The notes under the pieces are model-generated. The model saw only the letters and a program-made list of their open reading frames with translations, was not told the DNA's origin and did no database searches. A program made the position numbers and the translations under genes. This document shows, piece after piece, positions 50,365-61,554 of a stretch of DNA of 64,000 bases. Each line of letters opens with the position of its first letter. The first letter of the stretch is position 1. Source of the DNA: an uncultured Arcobacter sp. (lineage in GTDB: Bacteria; Campylobacterota; Campylobacteria; Campylobacterales; Arcobacteraceae); assembly GCA_965140705.1 (NCBI GenBank), contig OZ223302.1:320001-384000 (forward strand), given 5' to 3'.

Positions 50365-52536
50365 ATGAAATATATATTTTTCTTTCTACTTATATTTAAC
50401 TTTTTATTTGCAAATTCTCAAAAAGAGATTTTACTTTTACACTCTTATAATAGTGGATTAAAATGGAGTGATGAGATAACCAAAGGATTACAAAGTGTTA
50501 TTTCTAGATATCCAGACTATGAACTTTCAATTGAATATATGGACACTAAAAGAAACCATACTAAAGAATACTTTGATATTTTATCTTTATTATATAGTAA
50601 AAAATATTCAGATAAAAAATTTGATTTGATTATCACAGCTGATAATTATGCTTTTAATTTTGCACTTTCAAATAATAAAAAAATATTTCATAATACTCCA
50701 ATTATTTTTTGTGGTCTGGAAAACTTTGATAAAATAAAAATTCCAAATAATATGAAGAATTCTGTTACTGGTGTTATAGAATACAAAGAAATTAAAAAAA
50801 ATATTCAACTTATAAAAGATTCTATAAAAAACTTAAATACTTTATATATAATAAGTGATAATACTCTCTCTTCAAAAGCAATAAGGAAACAAATACTTGA
50901 TGCCATTGCTGAATATAAAAATAAATTTAATATTATTTTTGATACAAAAATTGATATAAAAACAGTAAATGAAAAAATCAAAAAACTTCCAAAAAATAGT
51001 GCTGTACTTTTTACAAGTTTGTATGAAGATATAAATGGAAAATTTATTTACCCTAAAGATTTAAAAAATTTATTCGAGAAATCAAAATATCCTATTTTTG
51101 CACTAAATAAAATACACTTAGGGCAAGGTATAGCTGGTGGAATTATGGTAGATCCATATGAACAAGGTAAACTAGCAGGAAATAAAGCTAACTATTTTTT
51201 AAATGGAAAACCCATTAAAGATATAGATATATTAACTCCTATATCAAAACAGTACTCTGATTACAATGTTTTAAAAAAATTTGATTTATTGAATTCAGAT
51301 ATTCTAAGACACTCAATAAGTATAAATAAACCAAAAGGTTTTTTTGAAAAAAATAGAAAACTAATAGATAGTACTTTTATTTTAATGCCTTTACTTTTTC
51401 TTTTGATTATTGGATTAATTGTTAATATTGTTAAAAAAGTCAATTTAGAAATAAAACTACTCGAACAAGCTAAGTTAGATAATGTTTTATTAAATAACAT
51501 AAAAAGTATAATTTATTGGAAAAGTAAAGAAGGTATAATTTTAGGTTGCAATGATGCATTATGTAAGCTTTTAAATCTTTCTAAAAATAAAATTGTAGGT
51601 AAAGATTTAAGTATTATTTTTCCAGAAATTTGCCAAAAAGTTGATGATAGTAAAGCATTTGTAAGTGATCTTGAAACAACCTTAAGAAATAGAAATAATG
51701 AACTTATACATGTTTTAATTAGACGAAAAAGATATTTAAATAAGAAAAATGAAGAAGCAGGAATTGTTACAATTATAAATGATATTACTGATTTGAAGAA
51801 ATTAGAAAACCAAAGAAAAAAAGATGAACAATTTATGATACAACGGTCAAAGCTTTATGAAGTAGGAGAAATGATAACTTCTGTTGCCCACCAATGGAAA
51901 GCTCCACTAATAGAGATATCAACCATAGCCCAAGAGTTACTTTATAAAAAAGATATTTCCAAAAATTCTAGCAAAGAGTTTGTTGATGAGATTATGACTC
52001 AAGTTAAATATATGACAAATACTATTGATGATTTTAGGGATTTTATAAAGCCCTCAATTAGAAAAAGTGAATTTGAAGTAAATTCTGCAATAAATCAACT
52101 CCTTAGAGTAGTCGAACATAATACAAAGTATAACTATATAAATGTGGAGATAAATTATGAAGAGGATAAGATTTACACTATATATGGTTATGCAAATGAG
52201 TTTAAACAAGCTATATTAAATATACTAAATAACTCAAAAGATAGTATTTTAAAAAGAAGACAAACAGAAGATTTCCAAGCAAAAATATCAATATCAATAT
52301 CTTCAAAAGATGACTTATTGTGTATTTCTATAAAAGACAACGGCATTGGAATAAAAAATAAAAATTTAGAAAAAATATTTGAACCATTTTTTACAAGTAA
52401 AAAAGATGGTGATGGATTTGGACTTTATATGGTAAAACTAATCATTGAAGACAAAATGAATGGCACAATAAAAGCCTTACCATCTGAAGAAGGAGCAAAT
52501 ATTTTTATCTGCATGAAAAATAGGACAGAAGAGTAA
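50365..52536 (+). CDS. Sensor histidine kinase (periplasmic binding-protein-like sensor, PAS domain)
   Basis: LLLHSY...WS sensor start, TM helix, PAS (GCN), AHQWKAPL, DNGIG, PFFTSK..G.GL. Confidence 0.88.
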   Translation: MKYIFFFLLIFNFLFANSQKEILLLHSYNSGLKWSDEITKGLQSVISRYPDYELSIEYMDTKRNHTKEYFDILSLLYSKKYSDKKFDLIITADNYAFNFALSNNKKIFHNTPIIFCGLENFDKIKIPNNMKNSVTGVIEYKEIKKNIQLIKDSIKNLNTLYIISDNTLSSKAIRKQILDAIAEYKNKFNIIFDTKIDIKTVNEKIKKLPKNSAVLFTSLYEDINGKFIYPKDLKNLFEKSKYPIFALNKIHLGQGIAGGIMVDPYEQGKLAGNKANYFLNGKPIKDIDILTPISKQYSDYNVLKKFDLLNSDILRHSISINKPKGFFEKNRKLIDSTFILMPLLFLLIIGLIVNIVKKVNLEIKLLEQAKLDNVLLNNIKSIIYWKSKEGIILGCNDALCKLLNLSKNKIVGKDLSIIFPEICQKVDDSKAFVSDLETTLRNRNNELIHVLIRRKRYLNKKNEEAGIVTIINDITDLKKLENQRKKDEQFMIQRSKLYEVGEMITSVAHQWKAPLIEISTIAQELLYKKDISKNSSKEFVDEIMTQVKYMTNTIDDFRDFIKPSIRKSEFEVNSAINQLLRVVEHNTKYNYINVEINYEEDKIYTIYGYANEFKQAILNILNNSKDSILKRRQTEDFQAKISISISSKDDLLCISIKDNGIGIKNKNLEKIFEPFFTSKKDGDGFGLYMVKLIIEDKMNGTIKALPSEEGANIFICMKNRTEE

Positions 52537-52537
52537 A

Positions 52538-53185
52538 ATGAAAATATTATTATTAGAAGACAATAAAAGATTATCAAAGCTTATCATTGAAGCCTTATCA
52601 GAAAAGAATTACAAAATTGATTGGTTTGAAGATGGGAGAGAGGCTTTAAATGCAGTTTATAATGGTTATGATTGTTTTATTTTAGATATAAATGTACCAG
52701 GGATAGATGGACTTAGTTTGTTAAAAGAGATTAGAGTTATGGATGAAAAAACGCCTGCAATAATTATAAGTGCCAATGTGGAATTGGAGACTATAAAAGA
52801 TGCTTATACTAATGGTTGTGATGAGTATTTAAAAAAACCTTTTTATATCTATGAATTAGAATTAAAGCTTGATAAATTTTGTAAAAAAGAAAAAGAAGTA
52901 ATAAATCTACTTGAAAACTATACTTATAATACAAGTAGTGAACTTTTGTATGATGAAAATAACCAAGAGATAAAATTGGCAAAAAAAGAGATTTTACTTT
53001 TAAATTTATTTATAAAAAATATAGACAAGATAGTTACCTTTGAACACATAGAACAGTATGTTTGGGAAGGTGATTTAACTAGCAATGAAAGTATTAGAAC
53101 ACTTGTAAAAAGACTAAGAAAAAAACTTCCAAAGGATACAATAACTTCACAAATTGGGATTGGTTATAAACTACATATTTCCTAA
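52538..53185 (+). CDS. OmpR-family response regulator
   Basis: LLLEDN, LDINVP, KKPF, RLRKKL...GIGY. Confidence 0.9.
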   Translation: MKILLLEDNKRLSKLIIEALSEKNYKIDWFEDGREALNAVYNGYDCFILDINVPGIDGLSLLKEIRVMDEKTPAIIISANVELETIKDAYTNGCDEYLKKPFYIYELELKLDKFCKKEKEVINLLENYTYNTSSELLYDENNQEIKLAKKEILLLNLFIKNIDKIVTFEHIEQYVWEGDLTSNESIRTLVKRLRKKLPKDTITSQIGIGYKLHIS

Positions 53186-54138
53186 AATGGTAAGTAAATT
53201 TTATCAATCATCTCTTGATACTCTAACTTAACATTACTATCACAAGTAATTCCACCACCACTTTTATAATAAAGATTTTTATCTTTATCTTTTTGAATAA
53301 ACCTAATCATAACAGAACTATCTAAACTCTTCCCATCAAAAACTCCAAAAATACCAGTGTAATACTCCCTATCGTATCCTTCAATATCTTTGATTATTTC
53401 TACAGTTTTTCTCTTTGGTGTTCCAGTTATTGAACCAGCTGGAAGAAGTGAAAGTAAGATATTTCCTAATTTTTCATTCCAATTACTTTGCAATTGACCT
53501 GATATTTTAGAACTTACTTGAAGAAGTTTTTTATCACCTGCCTTGATTTCATCAATATATCTAAATCTATCTACTCTAACTTTATTTGAAACTATCCCCA
53601 AATCATTACGAAGTAAATCTACTACCATCGTATGTTCAGCCATTTCTTTAATATCGTCCAAAATTTTAGCACTAGCATTTGCTAAGCTTGCATCAATAGT
53701 GCCTTTCATGGGATAAGTGTAGATTTTATCTTTTTTGATTTGTATAAATCTCTCAGGAGAAAAACAGACAAACTCATCTTTAAATTTTAGTTTAAATTTT
53801 GCCTTTGATTTTTCATAAATTTCATCTAAACCCAAATCACACTCTATTTTTGTTTTCGCTGTTAGATTTAGCAAATAACTATTTCCTGAAGCTATTTGTT
53901 CTTGTATATAGTCAAACTTCTTTTTATACTCTTCAAAATTCATTGGATATTTTATCAGAGCCTCATTTTTTATTGAACTTTTTTTCTCTTTAGTTGAAAT
54001 CTCATATTTTATATCTTGGGGTAGTTCTTTTAAGGGCTTTAAAAAGTAGTTTGTTAAATCATAACTTATCATAAAAAAAAATGGCTCTTTAGAAGAGCCA
54101 TAATTATTAAGTTGGTTTATTAAATCTTGATTATTCAA
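53182..54138 (-). CDS. pabB: Aminodeoxychorismate synthase component I
   Basis: SPERF, PMKGT, KE.AEH.M.VDLLRNDL, PAGSITGTPK, GGGIT. Confidence 0.9.
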   Translation of the reverse strand: MNNQDLINQLNNYGSSKEPFFFMISYDLTNYFLKPLKELPQDIKYEISTKEKKSSIKNEALIKYPMNFEEYKKKFDYIQEQIASGNSYLLNLTAKTKIECDLGLDEIYEKSKAKFKLKFKDEFVCFSPERFIQIKKDKIYTYPMKGTIDASLANASAKILDDIKEMAEHTMVVDLLRNDLGIVSNKVRVDRFRYIDEIKAGDKKLLQVSSKISGQLQSNWNEKLGNILLSLLPAGSITGTPKRKTVEIIKDIEGYDREYYTGIFGVFDGKSLDSSVMIRFIQKDKDKNLYYKSGGGITCDSNVKLEYQEMIDKIYLPF

Positions 54139-54145
54139 AAAGATA

Positions 54146-55027
54146 CTATTGAGAAAGTATTAGTTTCTTTAGTACTGCCATTCTAACTGCAACACCATTT
54201 TTAACTTGTTTTAGAACTTTTGATCTAGGGTCTAATAACATCTCATCACTAATATCAACATTTCTATTTACAGGTCCTGGATGAAGAAGTAAAATATCTC
54301 TATCTCCTAGAACTTCTTTTGTAATACAATAATCTTTTGCGTAATCATTAATTGATTGAAAATAGATTTCATTGTGTCTTTCTAATTGCGTTCTTAAGCT
54401 CATCACAATATCAACTTCATCAATTACTTCTGAAATATAGTCATATTGTTTATGCTCATTTGTTTCTGATTTGAAACAATCAGGTGCTACAAAACATACA
54501 TCTAAACCAAATCTTGGTAAAAGTTTTCTATTAGACCCTGCAACTCTTGAAGTTCTAACATCACCTACTATTGCAATCTTTTTACCCTCGACTTCTCCCT
54601 CAAAATGTTCCATTATAGTAAACAAATCAAGTAAAGCTTGTGTAGGATGAGCATGTTTACCATCCCCTGCATTAATTATTGGACAATTTACATGTTCAAC
54701 CAAAGTTCCTGGTAAGCCACACTCTGAATGTCTTATTATAATAGCATCTGGACACATCGCATTGATATTTGCAACAGTATCAAATATAGTCTCACCTTTA
54801 CTTCTAGAACTTGTTCCAACATCAAGTGAAACAATCTCAGCACCTAATCTTTTTGCAGCTATTTCAAAAGCACTTCTAGTTCTTGTAGAGTTTTCAAAAA
54901 ATAGTGTAACTATTACTTTCCCTTTTAAAATATCCCTTGATTTCATATCTAAAAACAATTTCGCATCATCAAATAATGAAATAATCTCCTCGTTTGTAAA
55001 GTCTGAAGTTCTTATGAGGTTTTGCAT
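54146..55027 (-). CDS. pyrB: Aspartate carbamoyltransferase catalytic subunit
   Basis: [23 protein letters not shown]. Confidence 0.96.
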   Translation of the reverse strand: MQNLIRTSDFTNEEIISLFDDAKLFLDMKSRDILKGKVIVTLFFENSTRTRSAFEIAAKRLGAEIVSLDVGTSSRSKGETIFDTVANINAMCPDAIIIRHSECGLPGTLVEHVNCPIINAGDGKHAHPTQALLDLFTIMEHFEGEVEGKKIAIVGDVRTSRVAGSNRKLLPRFGLDVCFVAPDCFKSETNEHKQYDYISEVIDEVDIVMSLRTQLERHNEIYFQSINDYAKDYCITKEVLGDRDILLLHPGPVNRNVDISDEMLLDPRSKVLKQVKNGVAVRMAVLKKLILSQ

Positions 55028-55115
55028 CTATTATCCTTGCCTTTTTAAAAACAAATTTTATCAAAAAAAAGATTAAATTGGTTATAATATTTTCCTATTT
55101 TAAATAAGGTATTTA

Positions 55116-57443
55116 ATGAAATTTTCTCTTTTGATAATATTTATAATTACATTTTCGTTTTCAAACGCAAATGCACAATTCAATGAAAAAGTCTCTTTTA
55201 ACGAAATCACAAAAGAAATCTCTTATAAAAATGATATAAAACCTATACTAGATAAAAGATGTGTAGTTTGTCACTCTTGTTATAATTCACCCTGTCAATT
55301 AAAGATGAGCTCACTTGAGGGTCTTTTAAGGGGAGCCACTAAAGAACCTATTTATAAAAATAGATTAAAAGCTGGTGAGATGACAAGACTCTTTGTAGAT
55401 GCGACTACGACTGAACAATGGAGAAAAAAAGGCTTTTATCCAGTAAATGAAAAGATACCAAATTTAAATGCTTCTATCATGTCTTATTTATTAAATCAAA
55501 AACAAGAATTTCCCAAGATAAAAGGAAGTTATGCCCCAGAAGATGATGAGTTAACTTGTATAAAAGATAAAGATGAACTTGAGAAATATTTAAATGATAA
55601 GCCCTATCATGGTATGCCCTATGGTTTTCCAGCTTTAAAAAAAGAAGAACACGATCTTCTTATGACTTGGCTTGATAGGGGAATAAAAAAACCTGAATCC
55701 TTACAAAATAAAGAACCAAAAGAGATAAAAATCTTTGAAGACTTTTTAAATAATCAAGATATAAAATATAAAGTAACAGCTAGATATATTTATGAACATC
55801 TTTTTTTAGCTCATATAAAATTCCCAGATAGTAATGATTATTATGAACTAGTTAGATCTTATACAAAACCAAATACAAGTATCAAAATAATAGCCACAAG
55901 ACTTCCTTATAATAAAGTAGAAGAACCATTTTATTATAGATTTCAGAAAATAAAATCAACTATTGTGCATAAAACACATATGGTATACAATCTTGATGAA
56001 AATAAATTAAAAAGATACAAAGACCTTTTTATAAATAGAAATTGGGAAGAAAAACCTACTTTAGTAAGTTATGACTCAAAAATAGCAGCAAACCCTTTAA
56101 CAGCTTATGAACAAATACCTGCAACATCTAGATACAACTTTTTACTTGATAATATTCACTATTTTATTATGACATTTATAAGAGGTCCTGTTTGTAAAGG
56201 TCAAATTGCACTAAATGTGATAAATGACCATTTTTGGGTTGCCTTTAAAGATCCAAAATATGATATAACGCTCCATGATAGTAACTTTATACACGACAAT
56301 TTAAAAAAGCTAAGTGTACCAAATGAATATGGACCAAATGCTCCTATTTTAGATACCTTTGATTTTTATGATTATGACCAAGATACCATAGCTTATTATA
56401 AAAATAAAAATGAACTTTACAAAAAATATTATAAAAATGGAATAGATATAAATAGTATTTGGAAAGGTAATAATAGTGATGAGAAAAACAATGATGCTAT
56501 TTTAACTATTTATAGACATTTTAATTCTGCTTCAGTTCAAAAAGGAGCCTTAGGTGATATTCCTAAAACTATGTGGGTTATTGATTACCCTTTATTAGAA
56601 AGACTTTATTATTCTCTTGTTGTGGGATTTGATGTATTTGGGAATACTCCCCACAAATTGCTTGTAAGAAAATATATGGATAGATTAAGAATAGAAGGTG
56701 AAAGTAACTTTTTAGAATACCTTCCAAAAGATATAAGAAAAACTCAATTTGACAAATGGTATTTAGGATATACTGCAAAATGGCTAATAACTTACACTCC
56801 CTCTCAAAATAACACCTTAGTAAAATATAAATCTAAACAGTACAAAAGAGAGTTGATTTTAGATATATTAAAATATACAAATACTCCAAAAGATGAAATG
56901 AATTTTATAGAAAAAGGCTATAAACAATCTCCCATATTAAAACAATACAATACAAAAGCCCAAATAGAAAGAAGTCTTAAAGATATGACCTTAAAAAAGA
57001 ATATGACTCTTTTTAGGGACTATTCAAGTAATAATTTCAATCTTTCATATTTAAGAATACAGATGAATAATGGAGATAATTATGTTTATTCAGTAGTAAT
57101 AAATAAATGGCATGACAATGTTGCCTTTTTATTTAATGAAAGTGAAAGATTAGATCCTAGCAAAGATAGAATAAATATAGTAAGGGGATTTGTAGGCTCA
57201 TATCCAAATTTATTTATTGTTGTTAAACAAGATGAGTTAAGCACATTCTTTAGTATTTTGGAAAATTATAAAAAGAATGATAATAAAAAATTAGCAAAAT
57301 ATTTTATAAGTAGAGAAAATAAAAATTTTTGGGAAGTGTATGATTGGTTTCAAAATGAATTTGACAAAGAGCAACCTATAGACTCAGGAATTTTTGATTT
57401 AAATAGATATTTTAGAAAATCTATCCTTCCCGAAACTAATTAA
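55116..57443 (+). CDS. cti: Fatty acid cis-trans isomerase (heme c)
   Basis: Signal peptide; CVVCHSCY..PCQL, RYIYEHLFLAH, FIRGPVC.GQ.ALNVI, GSYPN. Confidence 0.88.
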   Translation: MKFSLLIIFIITFSFSNANAQFNEKVSFNEITKEISYKNDIKPILDKRCVVCHSCYNSPCQLKMSSLEGLLRGATKEPIYKNRLKAGEMTRLFVDATTTEQWRKKGFYPVNEKIPNLNASIMSYLLNQKQEFPKIKGSYAPEDDELTCIKDKDELEKYLNDKPYHGMPYGFPALKKEEHDLLMTWLDRGIKKPESLQNKEPKEIKIFEDFLNNQDIKYKVTARYIYEHLFLAHIKFPDSNDYYELVRSYTKPNTSIKIIATRLPYNKVEEPFYYRFQKIKSTIVHKTHMVYNLDENKLKRYKDLFINRNWEEKPTLVSYDSKIAANPLTAYEQIPATSRYNFLLDNIHYFIMTFIRGPVCKGQIALNVINDHFWVAFKDPKYDITLHDSNFIHDNLKKLSVPNEYGPNAPILDTFDFYDYDQDTIAYYKNKNELYKKYYKNGIDINSIWKGNNSDEKNNDAILTIYRHFNSASVQKGALGDIPKTMWVIDYPLLERLYYSLVVGFDVFGNTPHKLLVRKYMDRLRIEGESNFLEYLPKDIRKTQFDKWYLGYTAKWLITYTPSQNNTLVKYKSKQYKRELILDILKYTNTPKDEMNFIEKGYKQSPILKQYNTKAQIERSLKDMTLKKNMTLFRDYSSNNFNLSYLRIQMNNGDNYVYSVVINKWHDNVAFLFNESERLDPSKDRINIVRGFVGSYPNLFIVVKQDELSTFFSILENYKKNDNKKLAKYFISRENKNFWEVYDWFQNEFDKEQPIDSGIFDLNRYFRKSILPETN

Positions 57444-57490
57444 AAATATATTTTCGATATAATAAGCATATTTTTTTAGGAAGTTTACAA

Positions 57491-58672
57491 ATGTTAGAAC
57501 AATTAGACAAAGATTATGTATTAAATACTTATGCAAGAAATTATGTTAATTTTAAAAGAGGAGAAAATGCTACTCTTTTTGATGATAAAGATAAAAATTA
57601 TATAGATTTCACTTCAGGTATTGGAGTTGTTAGTGTTGGTCATGGAAACAAACAAGTAGCAGATGCTATTTACGATCAAGTTAGTAAAATAACTCATATA
57701 TCAAACTTATATGCAATAGAACCACAAGCACTTTTGGCTCAAAAAATAGCGCAACTTAGTGGTTATGATGTGGCAACATTTTTTGCAAATAGTGGGGCTG
57801 AAGCAAATGAAGGTGCAATAAAAATTGCAAGAAAATATGGAAAAACAAAATTTGCAAATAAAAAATATAAAGTTATAACTTTAGAGCACTCTTTCCATGG
57901 AAGAACTATTACAACAGTAAGAGCTACAGGGCAAGATAGTTTTCACTCTGAAAATTTTTCTCCATATCCTGAAGGTTTTTCATATAACAAACAAATCAAT
58001 GATATCTTTAACTCTATAGATGAAGAGACTGTTGCTGTAATGATTGAACTTGTTCAAGGTGAAGGTGGTGTTCAACCTTTTGAAAAAGAAGAGATTCAAA
58101 AATTAGCCGCATTTTTAAAAGAAAAAGAGATTTTATTAATCGTTGATGAAGTTCAAACGGGAGTGTTTAGAACTGGTGAATTTTTAGCTTCAAATCTATA
58201 TGAAATAGAACCTGATATTATAACTTTAGCAAAAGGTTTAGGTGGTGGAGTTCCTATTGGTGCTATATTGACTAAACATAAAGATATTTTCTCACCAGGA
58301 GATCATGGTTCAACTTTTGGAGGTAATTATTTAGTTACAAGAACAGGATTAGAAGTTTTAAAAATCTTAGATGAATACAAAGATAAAGGTGCACTAGATG
58401 AAGCAATTATCTATTTTGAATCAAAACTAAGTGCTCTTTTTGAAAAATATCCAAATATCTTTACTGCAAAAGTTGGGCTAGGTCTTATGAGAGGACTTAA
58501 AGCAAAAGACCAAGAGACTCTATTGGCTATTATTAAAAATGCTTTTGAAGAGGGAGTATTAGTATTAAAATCAGGAAGAAATACTTTAAGATTTTTACCA
58601 GTATTAACTATTACAAAAGAAGAAATTGATGAAGGGTTCAAAAGGCTAGATAATGCAATTTCTAAGATTTAG
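57491..58672 (+). CDS. argD: Acetylornithine aminotransferase
   Basis: NSGAEANE.AIK, SFHGRT, DEVQTG..RTG, AKGLGGG, HGSTFGGN. Confidence 0.92.
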   Translation: MLEQLDKDYVLNTYARNYVNFKRGENATLFDDKDKNYIDFTSGIGVVSVGHGNKQVADAIYDQVSKITHISNLYAIEPQALLAQKIAQLSGYDVATFFANSGAEANEGAIKIARKYGKTKFANKKYKVITLEHSFHGRTITTVRATGQDSFHSENFSPYPEGFSYNKQINDIFNSIDEETVAVMIELVQGEGGVQPFEKEEIQKLAAFLKEKEILLIVDEVQTGVFRTGEFLASNLYEIEPDIITLAKGLGGGVPIGAILTKHKDIFSPGDHGSTFGGNYLVTRTGLEVLKILDEYKDKGALDEAIIYFESKLSALFEKYPNIFTAKVGLGLMRGLKAKDQETLLAIIKNAFEEGVLVLKSGRNTLRFLPVLTITKEEIDEGFKRLDNAISKI

Positions 58673-59846
58673 ACTCTCACTAGCAACTATTGTACTAGTT
58701 GCTAATTCTTCTTTTGCAGCACAAAGTGATAAATTAGATGAATCGATTCTTTCAAAAAAAAGATTGGAAATATTTGATTTATCAAAAGAGCAAATAGAAG
58801 AAGATAGTTCAAAACTTAAGAAAGATTGGATAAACCCAATAAATTATACCTACTCAAAAGTTTATGGAGATAAATATGATACTGAAAAGTCTCTTATCTC
58901 TGTAGACCAACCAATATTTAAAACAGGCGGTATTTATAAAGCCATAAAATATGCAAATGCCCAAAGACTATATTCACATTTAGATTTAGATTTGCAAAAA
59001 AAAGCAATGATAAAAGATACTACAACTATTTTATTCAATATTCATAAACTAGAATTACAAATAAAAAAACAACAGCTCTTAGTAAAAAATGGTGAAATAG
59101 ATATAAAAAGGAAAAAAGAGCAAGTACTTAATGGTTTTGCGGACACCTCTTTACTTGATAATGCCATACTAGATACAAATACAAGTAGAAATGCCTTGGC
59201 TGATTTAATTTATCAAAAAGAAGAACTAATAAATCAATTTAGTACTTATGCAAGTGGTGACTACAAAACTTTTACTTTGCCAAAATTTCAAATTATTAAT
59301 AAAGAAGCTTTTATACAAGACAATCTAACTTTAAAAAAATCAAAAGCAGATATAAGTAGTAAAAAAGATTTTTCTTGGATGACTATATCAAAATATCTTC
59401 CAACAGTAAGTGCAACTTTTGATTATACAAAATATCACTCAAGTAATAATCCTACAATAAATACAGATGATGATATCCAAAACTATGGAATAAAAATAAC
59501 TATGCCCCTTGATACAAGAACATTCAATGATATTCAAAGCACAAGAATAGATTATTTAAAAGCGAAATTGGATTTTGATAACCAAGTTTTAGAACAAGAG
59601 AACTATTTCAAAAGTAAACTATCAAAAATCAAAATGATAGATTCTAAAATAGCTATTGCAAAAAATGATTATGTATTATATAACTCACTACTTGATGTGG
59701 TTGTGGAAGAAAAAGAAGCAGAACTAAAAACTCAAAGTGATGTGGATACGCTACTAAATTCTAAGAAAATAAGAGAATTAGACCTCAAAATTTATAATAT
59801 CGATAAACAAATTGAATTATTAGATATTTATTCTAAAATAAGCTAA
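58653..59846 (+). CDS. TolC-family outer membrane efflux protein
   Basis: Signal peptide; QPIF..GG, LPTVS, long amphipathic helices. Confidence 0.7.
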   Translation: MQFLRFRLSLATIVLVANSSFAAQSDKLDESILSKKRLEIFDLSKEQIEEDSSKLKKDWINPINYTYSKVYGDKYDTEKSLISVDQPIFKTGGIYKAIKYANAQRLYSHLDLDLQKKAMIKDTTTILFNIHKLELQIKKQQLLVKNGEIDIKRKKEQVLNGFADTSLLDNAILDTNTSRNALADLIYQKEELINQFSTYASGDYKTFTLPKFQIINKEAFIQDNLTLKKSKADISSKKDFSWMTISKYLPTVSATFDYTKYHSSNNPTINTDDDIQNYGIKITMPLDTRTFNDIQSTRIDYLKAKLDFDNQVLEQENYFKSKLSKIKMIDSKIAIAKNDYVLYNSLLDVVVEEKEAELKTQSDVDTLLNSKKIRELDLKIYNIDKQIELLDIYSKIS

Positions 59847-59859
59847 CAAAATAAGAAGA

Positions 59860-61311
59860 TTATTTCTTCTTATTTGTAGGCAAATTTAAATAATATTCAA
59901 TCTCACCTTCTGTTAGGATTTTAATAGTATTTGTACTTCCTGGTATCCCGGCTGGATATCCAATAGTTGCTATATATGGTCCTGTTTTATCTAAAATATT
60001 TCTAGACTCTAGATTTTTTAACATCTTTTGAATCATTTTAGAAGCTTGTCCTTCTTTTAATACTGTAATAGGATAAACACCCCAAATAGCACTTAAAGAG
60101 TTTAATACTTTTCTTTTATGAGAAAACGCTAAGATTTTTGTTTTTGGTCTATATCTTGATATTTTCATTGCAGATTTACCTGAACTTGTAAGTGCTAAAA
60201 TACCTTTTGCACCTAAATCATCTGCAAGTTTTGTAACTGTTCCTTGAATAACATCAAATTCATCCAAATAAGCTAATTTAGATTGTTTATCAAAGTTATA
60301 AATCTCTTCTGTTTTAGCAATAATATTACTCATTGTTTGCACAACATTAATAGGATCTGTTCCTACAGCACTCTCTTCAGAAAGCATTACTACATCAGTT
60401 CCATCTAGAACTGCATTTGCTACATCTGAAATCTCTGCTCTTGTTGCTCTTTCATTTTCTGTCATAGATAGAAGCATTTGAGTTGCTGTTATTACTGGTT
60501 TACAAGCTGCATTTGCTTTTTTGATAAGGCTTTTTTGAATAGTTGGAACTTCATAATAAGGTACTTCAATTCCTAAATCTCCCCTTGCTACCATAAGACC
60601 ATCACTTACTTCTATTATTTCATCAATATTTTCAACTGCATCAAATTTTTCTATTTTTGCAATTAGTTTTCCATGATAACCATTTAAAAGTTTTCTTGCA
60701 TGTTCCATATCTTTTTTATTTTGTACAAATGAGATTGCAAAATAATCAACTTTATTTTCAACTCCCCATGCAATATCTTTTTCATCTTTTTCAGTAATTA
60801 CATCAATATCTATTATAGTATTAGGAAAGTTTACACCTTTTCTTGAACCTAATTTCCCATGATTTTCTATTTCTGCTTTTACTTGAGCTCCTGTTTCTAT
60901 TACTTTTGCTCTAATTGTTCCATCATAAAGATATATATATTCATCTTTTTTTACTTTATCAAGTAATTCTGGATAATTTAAAGAGGCTACATATTCAGTT
61001 TCACTCTCTTTATATCCTACTATATCTTCTTTTACAAATCTTATAGTATCTCCTTTTCTCAACTCAAAAGGCTCTTTTAGATCCCCCAATCTTACCTTTG
61101 GTCCTGAGATATCTTGTAAAACTGCAACAGTTGTATTTAGATTTTCCATTGCTTTTCTTATATTATTTAAGGTATTTAAATGATATTCATGGCTTCCATG
61201 TGAAAAATTTAATCTAAACATATTTGCCCCAGCTTTTATCAATCCTTCTATTATTTCTATTGTATCACTTGCTGGTCCTAAGGTTGCTAATATTTTTGTT
61301 CTTTTATACAT
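59860..61311 (-). CDS. pyk: Pyruvate kinase
   Basis: TKILATLGPA, RLNFSHG, AKIE, MVARGDLG, ATQML.SM. Confidence 0.97.
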   Translation of the reverse strand: MYKRTKILATLGPASDTIEIIEGLIKAGANMFRLNFSHGSHEYHLNTLNNIRKAMENLNTTVAVLQDISGPKVRLGDLKEPFELRKGDTIRFVKEDIVGYKESETEYVASLNYPELLDKVKKDEYIYLYDGTIRAKVIETGAQVKAEIENHGKLGSRKGVNFPNTIIDIDVITEKDEKDIAWGVENKVDYFAISFVQNKKDMEHARKLLNGYHGKLIAKIEKFDAVENIDEIIEVSDGLMVARGDLGIEVPYYEVPTIQKSLIKKANAACKPVITATQMLLSMTENERATRAEISDVANAVLDGTDVVMLSEESAVGTDPINVVQTMSNIIAKTEEIYNFDKQSKLAYLDEFDVIQGTVTKLADDLGAKGILALTSSGKSAMKISRYRPKTKILAFSHKRKVLNSLSAIWGVYPITVLKEGQASKMIQKMLKNLESRNILDKTGPYIATIGYPAGIPGSTNTIKILTEGEIEYYLNLPTNKKK

Positions 61312-61506
61312 AAATTAATCCTTTCGTATTTTATGGGTGATTATACCATAATCCCAGTTACACCCTAGTAACATTTTATATACAGTTTTAGATACTATTA
61401 TTTTTATGAATACAAAAATTAGTGATTATTTTAATAATTAGCTTTATGGTTAAAGTAGAAAAACATATAAATACAAGCAAAAATTATTTGAAAAAAGAGT
61501 AAAAAA

Positions 61507-61534
61507 GTGCCAAGAAAAAATTAAAACTTGGCAC
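61507..61534 (-). terminator. Intrinsic terminator after dddY
   Basis: gtgccaag...cttggcac with T6 on the minus strand. Confidence 0.7.
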
Positions 61535-61554
61535 AATTTATAATTTTTAGAGAT

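Noticed and set aside
61406..61441. 11-codon ORF between pyk and the dddY terminator
   Set aside because: Too short, no RBS, expected by chance
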